Assembly (NCBI GenBank): GCA_027923505.1
Contig: BROI01000005.1
Span: 124,001-188,000, forward strand
Direction of reading: 5' to 3'
From: Mayamaea pseudoterrestris
Lineage: Eukaryota
DNA: 64,000 nucleotides
Part shown: in pieces, positions 36,098-49,293 of the stretch
How the letters are laid out: each line of letters opens with the position of its first letter
Position numbering within the stretch: position 1 is the stretch's first letter
Position numbers and translations under genes: made by a program
The notes under the pieces: generated by a model
What the model was told of the DNA's origin: nothing
Databases searched by the model: none
Seen by the model: the letters and a program-made list of their open reading frames with translations, nothing else

Positions 36098-36759
36098 TCA
36101 CAGACGATCGCGACGAGCTCGTCAATCGGAAGGTTTGTAACAAACTCACTCGGCTACACTCGTTTCGTCAGCTTGCACTGTCACGCTTCACTGCAGATGC
36201 ACCTTTGGTCGCAGTAAACTACTGAACCATTGCCAAGAATCTGGACTTGCACGAAATGAATTTGGCTACGCCGTCGACTAAGCATTTCAACGATGCAAAG
36301 CACCACATGCGGTGCGAAATTTACTTGTATCGACTTCGCCGCATCAGCATAAGATTCTCTTTCACTGTCAATAAAAGATAACTCCTCTACGTAGATGCTC
36401 TATAAAGAACGGTTCTGTCCATCTTTGTAAATTTTAACGGCGCAGTCTTGTTTGGCGGAGAATAGGCAGCCGCCAGTTAGTTTAACTGAACCATAACGCC
36501 ACTACACTGCAGTACAGTTTCACGCATAGTGCACAATGCGATCGAGGCACGCACGCATGGGAGCGTCGGAGCGCGGAGTTTTTAACGCCAATCGTGCACT
36601 CTCTAGCGTTCGTAGAGGAGCTACTTTAGTCGCTCCATCCACCGAAGCCTTCTCCGCGTGTCGGCAAGCTCCTCGCTGCGTTGGGAGGCGCCACAAAACC
36701 AACTTCCAAGAGTTGTTGCAGCGTTCGTTTCCTATCGTTCTACAAGTCCTATCATCACC

Positions 36760-38418
<1,659 letters not shown>

Positions 38419-38670
38419 GTTGATTGAGCTGCAAGATTTGGCGTAAGGTAGTTTAAATCTACAGTAGACCTCTAGTTTGGTTTATACTACTTTAAAAGCT
38501 CCAATAACATAGAACAACATAGCTACCTTTCCATGACTTGCCATGTCAAGCGCGACAGCTTCATAAACTTCTCCGGTTCGGCAGAATCTGACCGGTTCTG
38601 ACGCAACCACGTGATTCTCCATGTCGCTCCTTGCTTTCTTTTGGCGTCATTCTCCAAGCATGTTACAACC

Positions 38671-40121
38671 ATGACGAGATACATCGCTGCATCATCTCTA
38701 CTATTATCCTTGTGCATGTGGAGAACTGCTTCAAGCTTTGTTTCGCGAAAGCTCATTGTGAATCAACGAGCCTTTACGGCAGCATCATCATGGCACGGCC
38801 TTGGCGCCTTTCACCTTGACGAAGGCGAGGCCGACGTCATGGAGCAACTCGTGGGAGGCGAACGATACAGCATGGTGCCGCTTCCCGACAGCATGATGGA
38901 TACGACTCTGTTTGTCGGCAATCTATGTGAATTCGTTCACGACGGCGACTTGAGTCTATTGTTTGAATGTGTTTGCTCCGACGTTCACAAGCCTCCTCCG
39001 CCAGCATGCGTGAGCCGGAAACCGAATCGAGATTCGTTGCAGTATGGATTTGTGACGTTTGCGACTAGAAAAGAAAAGGAGGTGAGTGTTGGGAAGTTGC
39101 TACAAGAGCATTGGTTACGCTTGAACATTGACAAGCTCACTCATCGCGTAACTCCATTGTTCGTTGCCACACCCATCAGGCCGCCATTATTCGCTTTGAC
39201 GGATACGAATGGCGGGGCCGCAGCATCAAGGTGCAACCAATCGTCGATCACCCCATCAATGGTCGCGTACGAGTTCCCGAAAAACTCGTCGCCTTTTGCT
39301 GCGGGCCCGTCAAGTCCTCGACTCGACAACCACACAACACCAAGGACACGTCGCTGCGCCGCATTTCACGCGACGACGTGGAGCGCCTCAGTCGGGGACA
39401 ACCGTCCAAGCGCAAGGGATACGGCTCTCGCAACGTTCCTCATCGATTGAACGACGAGGAGCGCAGCGAGTTTGATCGCGCCGCCCGCAAGGGATTCTTG
39501 ACCGTCAATGGTCCAACGGGCATTCGTCGCACCCGCAAGGGATCGCCGCTCGTCAACATTCATCGACAGTGGTGCGATGCGCGCGCCAAGCCGCAGATTG
39601 TCTTGTACAAGGCCAGCAATGGACAAACACTTGATATATTGGAGGTGGACTTTTCGCCGCTGCGGCTGCACGCCTTGACGACGAATGCTGCTGGCGAGTT
39701 CATGGTGCAGTGGAAGGCGGACATGTTTACGGCGGCCACCATGACGGGCATGGATGTGACATTGGATGAGGAAGTGTTCATTGACGCGCCCATTGAATGC
39801 TCCGAGGAGGAAGCTGACGACGAATGTTCGGCTGGATACATGGTGGTAGTGGACCAGGACAATCCAGTGGCATGGGCGACGCGACCCATTTGGAAGTTAC
39901 CAGTCGTTAGTCTTGGTACGTTTGAAGGTCCGCGGTCCAGCGCCAAGCAAATGGCCAAGGAGCTTGGTAAGCTTTGGGAGATTCCCGAGGTTGATGCCGT
40001 CACGGGGGAAGGGCCAAAGAGTCGACGAGCTGCTGGTGCCACAAAGGGCGGAAAGACCAAGGTCAAGGGAATCAGTGAACGGCGAAGGCAACGAGGAGGT
40101 GGTCATCGACAGGCATGGTAA
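38671..40121 (+). CDS. Probable plastid-targeted RRM RNA-binding protein with an additional conserved-looking C-terminal domain; intron 39082-39179
   Basis: Signal peptide ending ASS-FVS; RNP2 LFVGNL and RNP1 YGFVTF; splicing gives KE|AAIIRFDGYEWRGRSIKV. Confidence 0.85.
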
Positions 40122-40201
40122 ATACGCTAGTATTGTACATGCCATATAACGTAGTTTTGTTTGTATTCATATCAGAATGTCTATTACTACAAGTACTAGC
40201 G

Positions 40202-41413
40202 TTACGTTTCGTCGCCAAGAACTGCACTCTCCTGAACTACCAATCCCGACTGATGCTCCGTCTGTATGCCGACATGCTCATGGTAGAATCCCTTTTCGCA
40301 TCCAGCAACTCCACATTCAAAGATACTTTCCTTGTCACGCTGATCCGTATTCTTTTGATGCACTAAGTATTCCATCAAGGCATCCTCCTCGGGCCGAATG
40401 CGACAAACGTCGCGGGGCGGCTCGGTGCTCAACACTCCCGTCCGATCCAGCCACTCGTCCACTTGACGCGTCACCAGCGTACCATTGGAGTCAAACAATC
40501 CCACCAAGCCGGGGCAGCACGCCACCATGCGTCCCTGCTGAATGGCAATCAACGCCGGAACGTCGCGATCCGCCTGCAAGTGACCAAGCGATTTGGACGC
40601 CAGGTCAACGTCCATGAGCAAGCAGCTGCGGCCGCCGCATTTCATGAATCGCGTTCCAAAGTGCTTTGGCGCAACCTGCTGCTCCAAATACAAGTCCAGC
40701 TGCGCGCAGCGCACTGAATCGGGATCATACAAGTGCAGCACTACAAAGTCATTGACGAGTGCCTCGGATCCATTTGATGCCAGCCCCGCCGCGCGCAAGA
40801 CGCGCGTCGGATGCATTTGGCGATGCGCGCCGTAGCCATGCTGACGCGTCTGCTGCTTCTGCAGTAATTGCCACTGTAGTTCGGCCATGCGATTGGCCTG
40901 AATGCGCTCGAGGTCAACGTCGTGTGATATATCATGGTTGTCGTCGTTGAGTAAATAGTCGTACTCCGAGTCGTCGTCATCGTCCGCGTCGGAATCAGGC
41001 TGGGTCTTGTCGCCGCCATGCAAAGTTTCAATGGGATCGTCGTCATGTTCAATCGTTTCTCGCCGATTTGATCGTTCGTCTCCATCGTCTCCATCAATGC
41101 TGTCGAGACTCTGCTGCTGCTGCAATCTCAATTCCTCGAGTGCCCTGTAGTCACCAGTCCCATCATTGTCAGGATCATAGCAGCACCGACATCCACTAAA
41201 TTTGAGTGTTTCCACTAAATTGCGTCGCATGCGCTCCTGCTGCAGCGTCGCGTGCTGATTTTTTAGAAGCGTTTCATCCAATGCATTGGCGCGACGATTG
41301 CTTGCCACCTCGCGCTGGCAGCACGCGTCCAGCGTGGGATCAATGTCGGTTAATTGCTGATTGCTGGTTTTCGTCATGTCCACGGGTGCTCCTAGTCCTT
41401 GGAGGCGGTTCAT
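40202..41413 (-). CDS. Phosducin-like (thioredoxin-fold) protein with Cys clusters
   Basis: Acidic region, LERIQANRMAEL, GYG, VVLHLYDPDSVRCAQLD...FGTRF...VPALIAIQQG is the phosducin-like layout. Confidence 0.75.
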   Translation of the reverse strand: MNRLQGLGAPVDMTKTSNQQLTDIDPTLDACCQREVASNRRANALDETLLKNQHATLQQERMRRNLVETLKFSGCRCCYDPDNDGTGDYRALEELRLQQQQSLDSIDGDDGDERSNRRETIEHDDDPIETLHGGDKTQPDSDADDDDDSEYDYLLNDDNHDISHDVDLERIQANRMAELQWQLLQKQQTRQHGYGAHRQMHPTRVLRAAGLASNGSEALVNDFVVLHLYDPDSVRCAQLDLYLEQQVAPKHFGTRFMKCGGRSCLLMDVDLASKSLGHLQADRDVPALIAIQQGRMVACCPGLVGLFDSNGTLVTRQVDEWLDRTGVLSTEPPRDVCRIRPEEDALMEYLVHQKNTDQRDKESIFECGVAGCEKGFYHEHVGIQTEHQSGLVVQESAVLGDET

Positions 41414-41607
41414 GACGAATATTGTGATTGTTGTTTATAGTAAGTGAACGAAATGAGGGGCTGCAAAACAGAAGATGAATGATGGTGCTAGCGAATCGAG
41501 CGGTCAGCAGAATGTCGCAGTGAGTAATGATCAGACACGAACTGCTTCGATCCACATCATGCACCTCGTCGTCCTGTCAGTGTTTCTTCGTCACAAACCA
41601 CCACACC

Positions 41608-42718
41608 ATGTTGATAATGAGGTTTCTTGTCCTTTCCACCCTTCTACTCCCTCTAGGAGTCACATCCTACTCTGTCAATGACTTTATCAAGGAACGCAAC
41701 CTTGCCAAAAGATCTGCATCACCCGCCTACGTGTCTCCATCATCCCTCTCCCAAGCCTCCATCGCTCGCTTGCATACAAACATGATGCTGCACCGCGACA
41801 CGATTCGCATGCCATCGGAAACGCCCATGGTCCCCTACAAGTCTCCGAACAGTCAGTACGCGCAGTTCATTGACATTACTGCCGCCATGTACAAGGATCG
41901 GACCTTGTTCATTAGCAAGTTTATTGACGAAAATACAGCCAACTCCATCATTTCAACCTTGCTGTATTTGCGCAAGGAGTCGTCGCGTGATCCCATTTCC
42001 ATTTATTTGAACTGTCCGGGAGGATGGCAACGACCGGCGCTGGCAGTATATGATTTGATTCAAAATACAAAAAAGGTTTGTCATGTAAACGAAACTTTTG
42101 TGAAATAGAGTAGAGTGCAGTTGAAGATGGCTGCAAGTCTACTAATGTCTCACTCATTCACAAAATATATCATTATCATCGCTACTATTCACACAGAACT
42201 GCAAAGTCGAAACCGTCAACCTTGGCCTCTGCGCCGGCATGGGCGCCATGCTGTGCGCCTCCGGCACCAAGGGCTACCGCTCGTGCATGCCCAACGCGCG
42301 CTTTATCATGTCGCGCACCGGCATGGAGCAAGCCTTTCGCGGACAGGCCACCGACATTGCGCTGGAAGTGAAAAACAACAAGCTATGGAACAGTCGCATG
42401 GAGGAGGAACTGAGTCTACTGACGGGTCAAAAGTTGGAAACGATTCAGCAGAATTTGAAGCGAGACTTTTATCTTGTTTCGGAGGAGGCGGTGCAGTTTG
42501 GACTCATTGACAAGGTGCTACTGCCGAACATGCACAAGCGCAGCGCGCGTGGTGGATTGGCTGACTTGGGGCAGTTTGAGGGAGACTCGACGCAGCGTTA
42601 CCAGGGCAATGATGACCAGCAGGGTGGTGGATGGGGCTCAAGGCAGCAGCAGCAGCAACCGCCAAGCGGAGGAAACAATGACGACGACGATGATGAACCA
42701 AAGATTGCAAAAGGTTAA
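41608..42718 (+). CDS. clpR: Plastid Clp protease non-catalytic subunit (ClpR-like); intron 42076-42196
   Basis: ClpP fold (DRTLFI, IYLNCPGG, GQATDI, RDFYL...AVQFGLIDKV). The catalytic Ser site reads CAGMG and the His site reads FIMSR. Signal peptide ends VTS-Y. Confidence 0.85.
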
Positions 42719-43221
42719 GATTATAGTAATTAGAGGAGTATAAACTGTCATCTGTTCTATAACGTAGTTGCAGAGTACCTGTTGGATTTTTTGCATTGTA
42801 TGCGCGAGTTGTGTCGCCGACGCCTGTTCACGTTTCGCCAAAGGACCAACACTCTTACCAGACTTTAGTGATGTTTGATAAGAACATCAATCGGGACAAT
42901 TTCTTCATTGCATAGACCGGCGCATAGTGCCCTAGTACGATTGTCAGCAGCTACCAAATGAACGAAGCAGGCAATCCATGAATACCACTCCGACGTTCTT
43001 GCCCGGCTTGCTCGCACGATGTCGCAGCGCGCAAGCCAGACTACTCTTCGTCACTCACTCGGGTTCCACGAAACGAAACGAGCAGCTGCCAATCAATTCG
43101 CGCAATGTTTGACACAAGCCATCAACGCGACCTCATCCATCGTCGTCGATTACTGCAGTCGCACCTTTTCGCACGATCAGTGCCAGCAGTTGCTACTGAA
43201 GACAATACTAAGGATATAGCA

Positions 43222-43920
43222 ATGGGCAAGCGTTTCCATTTGACAGCCGCAGCCGCAGCCGCTGCCATGATGGTGCTGCCGTCAACGACGCAAGCCTTTA
43301 GTGTTGCGCCTGCATTCACGATACGAAATCGAGCCCACATGACGGAAACGTCTCTATGTATGCTGCAGCACGTGAGCCGAAGTATTGCCAGCTACCAGCA
43401 GCGAGATGACCACAATGACTCGGCCATGTCAGCATCGAATGTTTCAGTGGATGCCTTGTCGTCGTCGGCCACAGAGGAAGAAGAATCTACAGATACTGGC
43501 GATGAACAAGTTGCACCACCACCAGTGACTCTGAATAACATGGAGAAGGCTTGGCGACACGTGAAGAAGCCACTCCTCTCCATTGGCGCCAAGGGCGCGA
43601 CTCCTTCGCACGGCAACTCGCTGCGCCAGCTATTGGAGGCGCACGGCGCCGTGAAAATCAAAGTCAACACGAAGCAGTTTAATAATTCACTGCAAGTTGC
43701 TTTCGAAACACTTTCTCGCTTGGCCGTGGAGGCTGGCGCCGCACAGCCGGAGCTACTGTGCGAGCGCACTTCGGAGAATGTTATATTGGTGGGCCGCAGG
43801 GGCATGCGCGCCATGATTGACGCCAACGAGTTTCCGCCGCCGCCACCGCCTCCGTACGTTTATGAAGCGTATGAAAAGCGAGACAAGGCAGTAGCAGCCA
43901 AGACGAGTGCTGCGCTGTGA
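43222..43920 (+). CDS. Plastid-targeted CRM (CRS1/YhbY) RNA-binding protein
   Basis: Signal ending TQA-FSVAP; KKPLLSIGAKG...LEAHGAVKIKV is the YhbY motif. Confidence 0.85.
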   Translation: MGKRFHLTAAAAAAAMMVLPSTTQAFSVAPAFTIRNRAHMTETSLCMLQHVSRSIASYQQRDDHNDSAMSASNVSVDALSSSATEEEESTDTGDEQVAPPPVTLNNMEKAWRHVKKPLLSIGAKGATPSHGNSLRQLLEAHGAVKIKVNTKQFNNSLQVAFETLSRLAVEAGAAQPELLCERTSENVILVGRRGMRAMIDANEFPPPPPPPYVYEAYEKRDKAVAAKTSAAL

Positions 43921-44125
43921 GTGGTTTGATTGAAAGAGTGAGGTGGGATGCCAGATATATTATGCTGTATTATATTTGCTTGTTGCGAGACGATTGTGTT
44001 TATAATTAATTTCGCAGGCTCGCAGTATGAAAATGAGCTAATGCTATGCATTATCAACATGCTTACTGTAATTACAAGTTACGAGATATCTCGCGTTACC
44101 ATTACCATTGTTAAACGCGTCATAG

Positions 44126-45259
44126 TCAATTTCTTGGTGCAGCTGCTTCTGTATCCTCGTCCACTCCGTGATCCGACTCGCTTTGGTCCTGCCGCAGAAA
44201 CGCCGCCACGTGATTTGCAACAACCTGCGCCGTATCTGGATCCGCATGAAAGTGGTGACTCCCCGGCAACGTCTCCACCATTTGCGGCTGCAGCAACTCT
44301 TGCATGTCATTCACATCCGCTTCACTGCGCGGCCATCCATCCTCCGCCAGTAGCAAGCACGTGGGAACACTTGACGCCTGCAGCGACTGGTACAAGCCAC
44401 GATTCATTTCGTACGTCCAGTACTGAATCGTGGGCCACTGCAAACGATGATCGTGTCGAAAGACGAAACCGTCGTCACTGGGTAGCGTACCTCTAGCGAC
44501 CAAGTCGCGCGCCGCCTCCTCGGACAGGTACTGGTTGCCGGGAAACTTGGTCGCCGTCATGCGTCGCGTGTGTATGGCTGCCTCCAAGTTGGGGTAGACG
44601 CGAGGTTTCTTGTCGCTCAACAGTGACGCTTGTCGTCGCTCCACGTGCGCCTTGACGTGGTGCACAACGTCTTTGGACTGCCGCGGCAGCGGAGCGGCAC
44701 CTTCCAGCAAGACGAGGCGATTGACTTGATTGCTGAAAGCTGCCGCGTAAATGCTGCTCACGGCGGCGCCCATGGAGTGGCCAATGAGTGTAAACTTGTT
44801 GTCGTTGAGTGGTGCGTCAACATCATGACTCGCTGCAGTACCTCCACTTTCATCAATATGACTATTTTTCCTCCAATCCAACAGTCTCACAGCTTCCGCC
44901 ACGTAAAAGACTGACTCGGACAAGACTGTCGGCGGAGCATCGATCGATCGATGACTGCTCCAGCCGTGACCCGGCAAGTCGAGCGCCACGAGATTGGTCT
45001 TGTATAAAGGCGACTCCAATTGCTCCAGCAACCGCGGCGCCAGGCGGTGAAAGGAGGCGCAATTATCCATCCAGCCGTGAATGCAGAGAATATTCTTCAT
45101 TGGCAAATGATTTTGAGTGTCGCTCTGGTGTGGCAGCGTCCACTGCTGGGCGGCCAATGCCACGCCGTCGGAACATGTCAATGTCAGTTCCGATACGATT
45201 GGCTTGATGGCGGTCGTCATGACGTGCTTGGCTCCCGACAAGGCTGCTGCCAATGACAT
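44126..45259 (-). CDS. Alpha/beta hydrolase (serine hydrolase-like, SERHL type)
   Basis: HGWMDNCASF, DLPGHGWS, GHSMG nucleophile elbow, GSHHFH. Confidence 0.92.
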   Translation of the reverse strand: MSLAAALSGAKHVMTTAIKPIVSELTLTCSDGVALAAQQWTLPHQSDTQNHLPMKNILCIHGWMDNCASFHRLAPRLLEQLESPLYKTNLVALDLPGHGWSSHRSIDAPPTVLSESVFYVAEAVRLLDWRKNSHIDESGGTAASHDVDAPLNDNKFTLIGHSMGAAVSSIYAAAFSNQVNRLVLLEGAAPLPRQSKDVVHHVKAHVERRQASLLSDKKPRVYPNLEAAIHTRRMTATKFPGNQYLSEEAARDLVARGTLPSDDGFVFRHDHRLQWPTIQYWTYEMNRGLYQSLQASSVPTCLLLAEDGWPRSEADVNDMQELLQPQMVETLPGSHHFHADPDTAQVVANHVAAFLRQDQSESDHGVDEDTEAAAPRN

Positions 45260-45673
45260 TGTCAGAGAAAGGAGAAGTAAAAGAAAAATTTTTCAATCCT
45301 GTCGCTTTCTGCTGGGCGCAGTTCTTGTGTCTTGTGTGAAGAATGAACGAGTCTGACGACGAATGAGTCTCGTTATAAGTGAACGGCGACGGTGACGATT
45401 TGTAAACAGTGCCAGAACTGCAGCTTGCTTTTAAAGTTTGTTAATCAATCTAGTTGTGTGAATATATGAGCAAATGAAGCTTCCTTCATGTTCCAAACGA
45501 ATGAATGATGACGGCGCTTTGTCGACGCATTCATCATCATGGCGGACTTCGAAGGAACACGACTGCGAAATGTCGCATCGCGACCGATTGACTTATCGCC
45601 AAAACCGCGACGAGCCGTCTCTATCGCGCGAATTGTTGCAATCTTTGTTCCACTTGCTCGTCTCCAACTCGTA

Positions 45674-47776
45674 ATGAAGTCATTGCATGTCTTGTCTCTG
45701 AACTCACTAGTTTCCTTCATTGCCACTGGCATTACTCATGAAGGAGCCGAAGCATTCACGCTCGTTCCGCATTCTATAGGCCGACGATATCAGCAACCAC
45801 CATTTCGCGTCGGCTCCGTCTCCTCTACGTCATTACACAAGACCAAGAAGATATTCGTGCGTACAAGTAATGGAAGTCTCACGGACCATACAATCTCGAG
45901 TGAAAAAGCGTTCATCCTGTTTCGCCAAAAAATGGGTGCGGACCATGTCGTCGACGAACGCAACCACAATCCCGTTCACCTTTTCAAAGAACTCGTGAAT
46001 GGAAACGTTTACTCACTGGCATGACACCAATGGGCGAATGATGACTCGTCAAATGCAAGCTTACTGCAGCCGTATGAGGAACCTTCTGTTCGTTTCGACT
46101 ATGATTCACTTCCGTCGCTCTCGGATGTTCGTCCACTTATTCCGCTTCGCTTTGACAAGCCAAACAAGTTTGTCCGCCACAATGACTATCTAGAGTTGCT
46201 CTTTCAAGATATAAGCTCCCAGCTAGAGCAAGAGGGGCGCGTTCCCCCAATGTGTCTCGTGGGCTGCAGCCGCAGTGGCAAGACGGCGACTCTGGACGAA
46301 ATTGCCAATGGATTGCCAAGCTATTTTGCCGCCAATGGCAGGGAGCCAGTGACAATACTCTACGTTACCTTCAACGATTATTCATCCACGTTCCTATTTG
46401 ACCGGCATGATCCATTTCAGGCGCTTTGTCAACGTCTCGTGTTTGTTGCCAGTGAAGGAAACAATGGCGATCAACCGCCGTCATACTACATGGGTCGTTT
46501 CCAAACACTCCGCGGACAACACTACCAACACGATCCATCTGACGTTTGGAAATGGCTGGGCAACAATCGAGTGATTCTACTCATTGACGAGTTGAGTAAT
46601 TTGAGACTAACGTCAAACGATGAGTCCGATCTTGGAGCTTTTCTGCGCGACACCTTTCTTGACCTACCTGGCCGTTATCTCATTTTTACCTCGCACGTGC
46701 TAGGCGCAGTGGAGACCGTGTTGGATAACGTGGATAGCTCCGGAGGAAGCAGTCGAACGGTAATTGTGCAGCGTCTACCGATTGCTTTCGACTTGAATGA
46801 CGCCGTCCTTCACCTTGACCCTCGTATGCGTGGGCCTTGCCAAGCGTTGTACCACGGCCTTGTTCCAGGATTGATCTACGATCAGCGAGAACGACGGCAT
46901 GCAAACCTCAAGCAGAAAGCAGCCTTGAGAATTTTCAACTCGCGAGAGATGCATGACAAGGAAAAGTGGATCAAGTCTATTTTAAACTCCTTCGTTTCGG
47001 GTAATGGCGACAAGGTTCCTCCTGAACTCCACATTCTGCTTACAGCTATTCCACACGATACAGCCTATCCTCCAAGTAGGAATCTCGCCAAGATTTCTTG
47101 GGCACCGTCAATACTTCAGTGTGTCTTGCGGAATACGGAGCTGCAGGAGAAGAGCTGGCTTCTCGAAGCAAAGGAGAGCTTGGCATTGTTGTGCGACCGT
47201 TTAAAAGCGGCTGACGGACCATCGGTGAATGGTTACAAGTATTTATTTGCGATTGCCTACTTGTCCCGCAGCATTGCAGAACACCCATTTGGTGACGTAC
47301 TGCCCGCGGCGTGGTTCGATGAGCCCGGACTCCAAGTGCAATGGAACCCTTTCAATCTGTCGCTTATCGAAAGTCTGTCGTTCAACGACTCTGTCAAGTG
47401 GTGCGAGTTGGAAAGGAGTGTCAATGTCAAAGGTCCACAACCCACCATTGCAATCTTCTTTTCAGACTGCAAGTACTTTGAGAGATATGACTTGATTGCG
47501 CTGCTGATGAAGAATGACACCATTGTTGATCAGAGGGCGTTCCAGCTCACGCAAACATCAGCGAATGCGAGGTTGGACCCATTGGATGATTTCAAGGGGG
47601 AAAGCTACTTAGTCGAGGGCATTGCATTAGAAGAGATGTCTCGCAATGCACAGAAGTGGAATGTTATGAACGACGTTGATTGTGAAGGATATTTCGGCGT
47701 ATCGGGTAGGCATTGGACTCCAACAATGTGGAATCGGTTGAAGAAGACGTTCCGTAAAGCGAGAACAGAATCTTGA
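45674..47776 (+). pseudogene. Crinkler(CR)-like protein: presequence + Ubl-like header + P-loop NTPase + REase-like C-terminus; one in-frame TGA at 46022-46024
   Basis: ORFs 45539-46024 and 46196-47776 share a frame, and the 57 codons between them are open. Walker A GCSRSGKT, Walker B ILLIDE, C-terminal F..YD...FQL. Status (pseudogene, readthrough or intron) is unresolved. Confidence 0.6.
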
Positions 47777-47878
47777 GCAGCAGCGAGATTTGCATTAAAC
47801 AAGCCAGCACGCTAAAAGGAGGACATGTAAGGATGGCTGAGGAAGCGCAGCTGATCTGAGGAGCTGATTGCTCGTTTT

Positions 47879-47959
47879 CATCGTGCTGCGTCGAAAGTTC
47901 ACCATTGACGCATCGTGCTGCGTGCCAAGTTCACCAATGACGCATCGCGCTGCGACGAA
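47879..47959 (+). repeat. 32-bp tandem repeat, ~2.5 copies, each with an internal inverted repeat
   Basis: catcgtgctgcgtcgaaagttcaccattgacg / catcgtgctgcgtgccaagttcaccaatgacg / catcgcgctgcgacgaa. Confidence 0.85.
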
Positions 47960-48128
47960 CAAACGCCCCGTTTGGTATCGCACGTTAGTCTGGTGTTGTT
48001 AAACTACGTATAGTCGTTTGAGGTCATTGATGGAAGCGAACCTTGGCGCTGAGCGATTTTTTTAGCAGGCGGCAACTTTTGAAACCGTTACGACAGTTTC
48101 GGGCGAAAACCATCACGACGACACCACG

Positions 48129-49175
48129 ATGTTAACCATGCATAATGACGAGAACTCGAGAGGAATCATGAGACTGTCATATTCACTGTTGCTGCTGCTG
48201 AAACTAGTCATCACTGCGAATGCCTTTTCTGCCATGATTCATGACACTGAACGTCTTCACCGCCTCATGATTCTGGGCCACGGCCGCGTCGGTCGTAGGG
48301 TGGCCGATCTCGTTCAACAAGACAATCAGCAACGAGGCAATGGCAACAATGCCATGAAAATACTGGCAACCACGAGGAAACCAATTTCAACGAGTCCAGC
48401 GAGCGACAGTTCTGTGGAATTGGTGCCATTCGACCAAGCCGTCCATCATTTCGACTCGTGCTCCCACGTGTTGATATCCATGCCATTGGATGCGTTTGCC
48501 AATTATTTTGAGAGTAGCAGCAGCATACTGCAAGCCATGATGAATGCATCCAGCATTCGCTGGATTGGAGTCGTTTCGTCAACCAGTGTCTACGGCAATC
48601 ACAATGGCGCATGGGTGACGGAGGAGTCGCCGTGTTTCGACGGCAAGCCAAGCTACTTGCACGTCGAGCGATACTTGATGAAGCAACGCCCGAAACAAGT
48701 ATGCGTTTTTCGATGCGCCGGCATCTATGGAGAAAAGCAGTCCGCCTTGCATACCATTTGGAAGCAAGGTGCAGCAAAGGATGCGGCAAGGGCAGTGGAC
48801 GATGGTTCGGTGACGAATCGCATTCACGTCGACGACTTGGCGCAAGCTGTCTTTGTCGCTCTGCAGCGAGGAGCCACCGGCATTTACAACTTGTCGGACG
48901 ATGAACCTGCCTCGCGTCATGTCGTCATGCAGTATGCACGCGAGCTGTTCCAAAATATTGGAGTAACAGTAAAGTCAAAGTCGCCGCTGCCAGCGACAAG
49001 CACTAACGACGCATCAACCAACCGCAGCAGTCGCACGAGCCGTAGGCTATCTGACCAAAAGCGAGTCAGCAATCAAAAAATGCGAACGGATCTGTTGCCA
49101 GAGCTACAATTTCCAACCTACCGAGAGGGATTGCAAGCAATATTAAACGATCGGACCAATCCGTGGTGGAATTGA
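48129..49175 (+). CDS. Atypical SDR / NAD(P)-dependent epimerase-like protein (YeeZ-like), probably plastid-targeted
   Basis: Signal ending ANA-FSA; ILGHGRVG Rossmann motif; SSTSVYG, FRCAGIYG, NRIHVDDLA, YNLSDDEP, KRVSNQK, FPTYREGL. Confidence 0.9.
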   Translation: MLTMHNDENSRGIMRLSYSLLLLLKLVITANAFSAMIHDTERLHRLMILGHGRVGRRVADLVQQDNQQRGNGNNAMKILATTRKPISTSPASDSSVELVPFDQAVHHFDSCSHVLISMPLDAFANYFESSSSILQAMMNASSIRWIGVVSSTSVYGNHNGAWVTEESPCFDGKPSYLHVERYLMKQRPKQVCVFRCAGIYGEKQSALHTIWKQGAAKDAARAVDDGSVTNRIHVDDLAQAVFVALQRGATGIYNLSDDEPASRHVVMQYARELFQNIGVTVKSKSPLPATSTNDASTNRSSRTSRRLSDQKRVSNQKMRTDLLPELQFPTYREGLQAILNDRTNPWWN

Positions 49176-49293
49176 CGAACACGAGAGTCAGGGAATGACA
49201 GACATGCAATTTGTTATTCATATATTGAAGTATTACTACTGATGTTGTAGAGATAGAACGAACGAGTCGTTCCCAGTTCCCAGTGGAATCAAT

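Noticed and set aside
36400..36660. Heat-shock elements in the ubiquitin promoter (GAAcggTTC, GAAgccTTC)
   Set aside because: Spacing is 3 nt rather than the canonical nGAAnnTTCn, and there is no third unit.
41608..42718. Loss of catalytic residues in the ClpP-like protein as a novelty or pseudogene
   Set aside because: Non-catalytic ClpR subunits are a normal part of plastid Clp cores.
47879..47959. CRISPR-like or SECIS interpretation of the 32-bp repeat
   Set aside because: No unique spacers, no cas genes and a eukaryotic context. I could not see an AUGA/GA quartet with an apical AA, so there is no support for selenocysteine decoding of the TGA at 46022.
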